A DNA stretch of 64,000 bases from Alphaproteobacteria bacterium (lineage in GTDB: Bacteria; Pseudomonadota; Alphaproteobacteria; Bin95): positions 1,888,001 through 1,952,000 of the forward strand of contig OZ224045.1 in the NCBI GenBank assembly GCA_963665325.3, in the 5' to 3' direction. Shown here piece after piece: positions 59,353-64,000 of this stretch. The first letter of the stretch is position 1; every line of letters starts with the position of its first letter. The position numbers were made by a program, and so were the translations under genes. A model generated the notes under the pieces. That model was not told where the DNA came from. It saw only the letters and a program-made list of their open reading frames with translations, and did not search any database.

Positions 59353-62300
59353 TCAGCTGCACCCGTCCGTCTGGCCGCAGGTCATGCATTTCATGCAGGT
59401 GCCGTTGCGGACCATGGTGAAGTTTCCGCAGCCGCCGCAGGCATCGCCTTCATAGCCCAGCATCCGCGCATGGCGGATCGCCGCGTCGTGGGAGCCGGCC
59501 CCCACCGCCGCCGGCATGGGCGCATCGACGAACGACGCCTCCGCGGCGTCCCCGGCGATTGACGCGGTATCGTTACGGCCGCCCGAGAGCACATAGAGGT
59601 TGTCGCGCACGAAGCCGCGGCTGGCGGCGGTCGGGATTGGCTGGCCCATTTCGCGTTCGGTCAGCGCCGCCTCATTCTCGCCGGCGCCCAGGCTGTCGGG
59701 GCGCAGGTCGTCCGACATCACGTGGCTGAGGTCGCCGCGACCGAGATAGGAGATCGCAAGCTCGCGGAACAGATAGTCCAGGATCGAGGTGGACATCTTG
59801 ATCGCGTCGTTGCCTTCCACCAGGCCGGACGGCTCGAAGCGGGTGAAGGTGAAGGCCTCGACATATTCCTCGAGCGGCACGCCGTATTGCAGGCCGATGG
59901 AGATGCCGATGGCGAAATTGTTCATCAGGCTGCGGAAGGCGGCGCCCTCCTTGTGCATGTCGATGAAGATCTCGCCGAGCTTGCCGTCATCGTATTCGCC
60001 GGTGCGCAGATAGACCTTGTGGTTCCCGACCGTGGCCTTCTGCGTGTAGCCCTTGCGGCGGTCCGGCAGGCGCCTGCGTTCGATCAGGCGCCTTTCGACG
60101 ATGCGCTCCGCCAGAACGGCCGCGCGGCCCGCGGCGGGCTCGTCCGCGACCTCCTCCGCAAGATCGCCGCCGAGCACGGTTGCCGCCAGCGGCTGCGAGA
60201 GCTTCGAGCCGTCGCGGTAGAGCGCATTCGCCTTGAGGCCGAGGCTCCAGGACAGGAGGTAGGCGTCGATGCAGTCCTGCACGGTTGCGCCGTTTGCCAT
60301 GTTGACGGTCTTGGAGATCGCTCCCGAAATGTAGGGCTGCACGGCGCCCAGCATCCGGATATGGCTCTCCGTCGAGAGGTACCGGACGCCGTTCCGGCCG
60401 CAGGGGTTGGCGCAGTCGAAGACGGGCAGGTGCTCGTCGCGGAGGTCCGGTGCGCCCTCGACCGTCATGGCGCCGCCGCAATAGAGGTTCGCGGCCTCGA
60501 TCTCCGCTTTTGAGAAGCCGAGCGCGCCCAGCAGATCGCTGCTTTCCAGCTGCTCGTCGCCCAGGCCGAGCGCCTCGCGGCAGGCCTCCTCGCCGAGCGT
60601 CCAGCGGTTGAAAACGAAGCGGATGTCGAAGGCGCTCGGCAGCGCGGCCTCCACCGCCTCGATCATTTCCGGCGTAAAGCCCTTCGAAGCCAGCGCCTCA
60701 TGGCCGATGGCGGGTGAGTCCTTGAGAGTGCCCCGGCCGACGGCATAGCGCTCGATGGCCTCGACCCGCTCCTCGTCGTAGCCGAGCGCGGCCAGCGCCT
60801 CGGGCACAAGGCTGTTGATGATCTTGAAATAGCCGCCGCCGGCGAGCTTCTTGAACTTCACCAGCGCAAAATCCGGCTCGATGCCGGTGGTGTCGCAGTC
60901 CATCACCAGGCCGATCGTGCCGGTGGGCGCAATGACGGTGGCCTGCGCATTGCGGTAGCCGTGCTTTTCGCCGGACTCCAGCGCAGCGTCCCAGGCGGTC
61001 CGCGCGGCTTCGGCGAGGCCCTCGAAGGGGCAGGCATCGGCGTCGAGCGGCTGCGGATCGGTGTTCAGCCCCTCATAGCCCCCGGCCTCGCCATGCGCCG
61101 CGCGGCGATGGTTGCGCATGACCCGCAGCATCGCCTCGGCATTGGCGGCATAGCCCTCGAACGGGCCGAGTTCGCCCGCAATTTCCGCCGATGTGGCATA
61201 GGCGGTGCCGGTCATCGCCGCGGTTATGGCGCCGGCGGTCGCGCGGCTCTCGTGGCTGTCATAGGCGATGCCCGACGCCATCAGCAGCCCGCCGATATTG
61301 GCGAAGCCCAGGCCGAGCGGCCGGTAGCGGTAGGACCTCTCGGCGATACGCCGCGACGGAAACTGCGCCATCGACTCGGAGATTTCGAGCGCGGTAGTCC
61401 AAAGCCGGACCGTGTGCCGAAAGCCCTCTATGTCGAATCCGCCCTCCTCCGTGCGGAAGGCCATCAGGTTGATCGACGCCAGATTGCAGGCGGTGTCGTC
61501 CAGGAACATGTATTCCGAACAGGGGTTCGAGGAGTCGATCCGCCCTTCGGCCGGGCAGGTGTGCCAGTCGTTGATGGTGGTGTCGAACTGCACGCCGGGG
61601 TCCGCCGAGGCCCAGGCGGCGTGGGCGATCCTGTCCATGAGGGCGCGCGCCCGCACGGTGTCCGAAACCTCGCCGTCCGTGCGCCGCGTCAGCTTCCACT
61701 CGCCGTCGTCCTCGACGGCGCGGAGGAACCCGTCCGTCAGCCTGACGGAGTTGTTGGAATTCTGACCGGCGACTGTGCGGTAGGCCTCGCTGTCCCAGTC
61801 CGTGTCGTAGGTGCGGAAATCGATCGCGGTGAAACCCTGGCGGGCGAACTGGATCACCCGCTGGATATAGCCTTCCGGTATGGCGGCTTCCCGCGCGCCC
61901 GTCACCGCCTTGCGCAGCGCCCGGTTCCGCTTCGGGTCGAACCGGCCGGACTCGCCGGTGCCGCCCGGGGCGCAGGCGGCGATGACGCGGCCCAGATGCT
62001 TCTCGCAGGCCCTGGAGCCGGCGACCAGCGCGGCGACCTTCTGCTCCTCGACCACCTTCCAGTCGATATATTCCTCGATGTCCGGGTGGTCGATGTCGAG
62101 CGTGACCATCTTGGCGGCCCGCCTCGTGGTGCCGCCCGACTTGATGGCGCCCGCCGCGCGGTCGCCGATCTTCAGGAAGCTCATCAGCCCGGAGGAGCGC
62201 CCGCCGCCGGAGAGCGGCTCGCCTTCGCCGCGCAGCTTCGAGAAGTTGGTGCCGGTGCCGGACCCGTATTTGAACAGCCGCGCCTCGCGCTGCCAGAGGT

Positions 62301-62922
62301 CCATGATCCCGCCTTCGTTCACCAGGTCGTCGGAGACCGACTGGATGAAGCAGGCATGGGGCTGCGGGCGCTCATAGGCCGAATCGGAGGCGCGGCACTC
62401 GCCCGTCGCGAGATCGACGAAATAGTGGCCCTGCGCCGGCCCGTCGATGCCGTAGGCCCAGTTCAGGCCGGTGTTGAACCATTGCGGCGAGTTCGGCGCC
62501 GCCATCTGCCGGGCGAGCATGGCGCGCATCTCGTCGTAATAGACTTGTGCGTCCTCTTCGCTCGAAAAGTAACCGCCCTTCCAGCCCCAATAGGTCCAGG
62601 CGCCGGCAAGCCGGTGGAAGACCTGGCGGGCATCGCGCTCGCCGCCGGGGGTGGCGCCCTCGGCAGGCCGGCGGCGCTGGAGCCAGTCCGGCACGCCGTC
62701 CTCGGCGACCGGTTCCGTGAGGTCCGGAACGCCGGCCTTCCGGAAATATTTCTGCGCCAGCACATCGACCGCCACCTGGGACCACCCCTGCGGCGCCATG
62801 ATGTCGTCGGCAATGAACACGGGAGTGCCGTCGGGATTACGGATTTCGCTGTTTCTGCGAACGAACGCAACGCCGTCATAGGCCGAGGCGCATCCGCCAG
62901 TGTGGTGACGCTGGAAACGCAA
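59353..62922 (-). CDS. nrdJ: Class II (adenosylcobalamin-dependent) ribonucleotide reductase
   Basis: [39 protein letters not shown]-terminal CGGC/CMTC. Confidence 0.96.
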   Translation of the reverse strand: MRFQRHHTGGCASAYDGVAFVRRNSEIRNPDGTPVFIADDIMAPQGWSQVAVDVLAQKYFRKAGVPDLTEPVAEDGVPDWLQRRRPAEGATPGGERDARQVFHRLAGAWTYWGWKGGYFSSEEDAQVYYDEMRAMLARQMAAPNSPQWFNTGLNWAYGIDGPAQGHYFVDLATGECRASDSAYERPQPHACFIQSVSDDLVNEGGIMDLWQREARLFKYGSGTGTNFSKLRGEGEPLSGGGRSSGLMSFLKIGDRAAGAIKSGGTTRRAAKMVTLDIDHPDIEEYIDWKVVEEQKVAALVAGSRACEKHLGRVIAACAPGGTGESGRFDPKRNRALRKAVTGAREAAIPEGYIQRVIQFARQGFTAIDFRTYDTDWDSEAYRTVAGQNSNNSVRLTDGFLRAVEDDGEWKLTRRTDGEVSDTVRARALMDRIAHAAWASADPGVQFDTTINDWHTCPAEGRIDSSNPCSEYMFLDDTACNLASINLMAFRTEEGGFDIEGFRHTVRLWTTALEISESMAQFPSRRIAERSYRYRPLGLGFANIGGLLMASGIAYDSHESRATAGAITAAMTGTAYATSAEIAGELGPFEGYAANAEAMLRVMRNHRRAAHGEAGGYEGLNTDPQPLDADACPFEGLAEAARTAWDAALESGEKHGYRNAQATVIAPTGTIGLVMDCDTTGIEPDFALVKFKKLAGGGYFKIINSLVPEALAALGYDEERVEAIERYAVGRGTLKDSPAIGHEALASKGFTPEMIEAVEAALPSAFDIRFVFNRWTLGEEACREALGLGDEQLESSDLLGALGFSKAEIEAANLYCGGAMTVEGAPDLRDEHLPVFDCANPCGRNGVRYLSTESHIRMLGAVQPYISGAISKTVNMANGATVQDCIDAYLLSWSLGLKANALYRDGSKLSQPLAATVLGGDLAEEVADEPAAGRAAVLAERIVERRLIERRRLPDRRKGYTQKATVGNHKVYLRTGEYDDGKLGEIFIDMHKEGAAFRSLMNNFAIGISIGLQYGVPLEEYVEAFTFTRFEPSGLVEGNDAIKMSTSILDYLFRELAISYLGRGDLSHVMSDDLRPDSLGAGENEAALTEREMGQPIPTAASRGFVRDNLYVLSGGRNDTASIAGDAAEASFVDAPMPAAVGAGSHDAAIRHARMLGYEGDACGGCGNFTMVRNGTCMKCMTCGQTDGCS

Positions 62923-62977
62923 GCGAGCTATCCTCGAAACAGTTAAGCCGTGAACAGAAGATCAGCTTAACTGAAGT

Positions 62978-63024
62978 TCGCTAGATTTTGTAGACAATCT
63001 TAAGGAAAACGCTATTGGCAGTAT
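62978..63024. promoter_or_regulatory. Candidate tandem NrdR boxes upstream of nrdJ
   Basis: tCGCTAGATTTTGTa (62978) and weaker aCGCTATTGGCAGTa (63009), 31 bp apart; resemble the acaCwAtATaTwGt consensus. Confidence 0.5.
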
Positions 63025-63127
63025 CTGCAGGCCATGACGCGTCAAGCGAAAAAGCCTGTTTTCTCTGGACATTGACCCAACCGACTGGGTAATGCGATAA
63101 CCGCCGAAGTTCTGGAGAGACCCGCTT

Positions 63128-63487
63128 GTGACTTCCATCGGAACGCGGCTTTATACGTGGATGCACGGCGAGTTTGTCGGCGAGGACGAGCAGGGCAACC
63201 GCTATTTTCGCAGCCGTCGGGGCCGCCTGCACGGGCGCGAGCGGCGCTGGGTCGTCTATGACGGCCAGGTGGAGGCTTCGCGCGTGCCGCCGGAATGGCA
63301 TGCCTGGCTGCACCGCATGGTGGATTCGCCGCCGGCCGCCGACCGGCCGCGCTATCCCTGGCAGCTGCCGCACGAGCCCAACCTTACCGGCACGCCGGAG
63401 GCCTACCGGCCGCCGGGGCACGATTTCGCCGGCGGACGCCGCGCGGCGGCGACGGGCGACTACGAGGCCTGGACGCCGGAGCAATGA
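63128..63487 (+). CDS. NDUFA12 / 17.2 kDa complex I accessory subunit family
   Basis: VGEDEQGNRY, RRWVVY, VPPEWHAWLH, PNLTGT, DYEAWTP. Confidence 0.93.
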   Translation: MTSIGTRLYTWMHGEFVGEDEQGNRYFRSRRGRLHGRERRWVVYDGQVEASRVPPEWHAWLHRMVDSPPAADRPRYPWQLPHEPNLTGTPEAYRPPGHDFAGGRRAAATGDYEAWTPEQ

Positions 63488-63939
63488 GGCGCAGCCTGCT
63501 GGAAACGATTACCGGCGCGGCGGTGCTGCTGGCCGCGGCGGCGTTCGTGTTCTTTGCCTATTCGACGGCCGATATCGGGCGCGGCGGCGGCTATGAGATC
63601 ATGGCCGAGTTCGACAATATCGGCGGACTTGCGGTCGGCGACGACGTGCGGATGAGCGGCATCAGGATCGGCGCTGTCTCTGGCCAGCGGCTGGACACGG
63701 ACACTTTCTCGGCGGTCGTTACCTTCTCCATCGACTCCTCCGTCAAGCTGCCGACCGACAGTTCCGCCAAGATCGCCAGCGAGAGCCTGCTCGGCGGCAA
63801 GTATGTCCAGATGACTCCCGGCGCCGAAGACAAGACTATCCCGCCCGGCGGGCGCATCGCGTTTGCGCAGTCGTCGGTGAGCCTCGAGGACCTGATCGGC
63901 CGCTTTATCTTCAGCGGCGCCGATGACAAGAAGAACTAG
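63484..63939 (+). CDS. mlaD: MCE-domain lipid asymmetry protein
   Basis: ETITG, AEFDNIGGL, SGIRIG, LPTDSSA, SLLGGKY. Confidence 0.9.
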   Translation: MRRSLLETITGAAVLLAAAAFVFFAYSTADIGRGGGYEIMAEFDNIGGLAVGDDVRMSGIRIGAVSGQRLDTDTFSAVVTFSIDSSVKLPTDSSAKIASESLLGGKYVQMTPGAEDKTIPPGGRIAFAQSSVSLEDLIGRFIFSGADDKKN

Positions 63940-64000
63940 CCGGCTTTTCTCATCGATGCTGGCGTTGCTGTTGTTGCTGGCGGCCGGCGCGGCGAATGCC
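63923..64000 (+). CDS. Start of a secreted protein (DUF2155-like by usual synteny); runs off the window
   Basis: MTRRTSRLFSSMLALLLLLAAGAANA signal peptide. Confidence 0.5.
   Translation, partial: MTRRTSRLFSSMLALLLLLAAGAANA

Noticed and set aside
59353-62922. Intein or intron in the 1189-aa NrdJ
   Set aside because: Length and motif order fit the long alphaproteobacterial NrdJ type; no splice-junction or homing-endonuclease motifs seen.
62923-63127. Cobalamin riboswitch ahead of nrdJ
   Set aside because: No recognisable B12-box or conserved core, and the 205-bp gap is shared with a divergent gene.

Overview
High-GC chromosomal window from an alphaproteobacterium; gene order suggests a Rhodospirillales-like organism (inference). 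Core loci: his operon (hisB-DUF2628-hisH-GNAT-hisA-hisF-hisE-HIT), an M48 protease, an aminotransferase, rne, PBP1A, prfB with its programmed +1 frameshift, tRNA-Phe(GAA), yggS, ubiX, class II RNR nrdJ, NDUFA12 and mlaD. These are mixed with many catabolic genes (hydantoinase A/B, sulfatase, CoA ligase/transferases, crotonases, LLM oxidoreductases) and TTT, TRAP and EmrAB transporters. The most unusual part is a ~10 kb accessory block between prfB and tRNA-Phe (28.5-39 kb). It holds (i) a methyltransferase with an unnamed N-terminal domain converging on a PD-(D/E)XK nuclease, (ii) an IS110 element whose non-coding end folds like a two-loop bridge RNA with guides matching its own junctions and which sits in a phased CATGACA repeat, (iii) a close acetylene-hydratase homologue keeping the catalytic Asp and metal-ligand Cys, and (iv) gene remnants. 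All calls come from reading motifs and recalled family knowledge; no searches were run.
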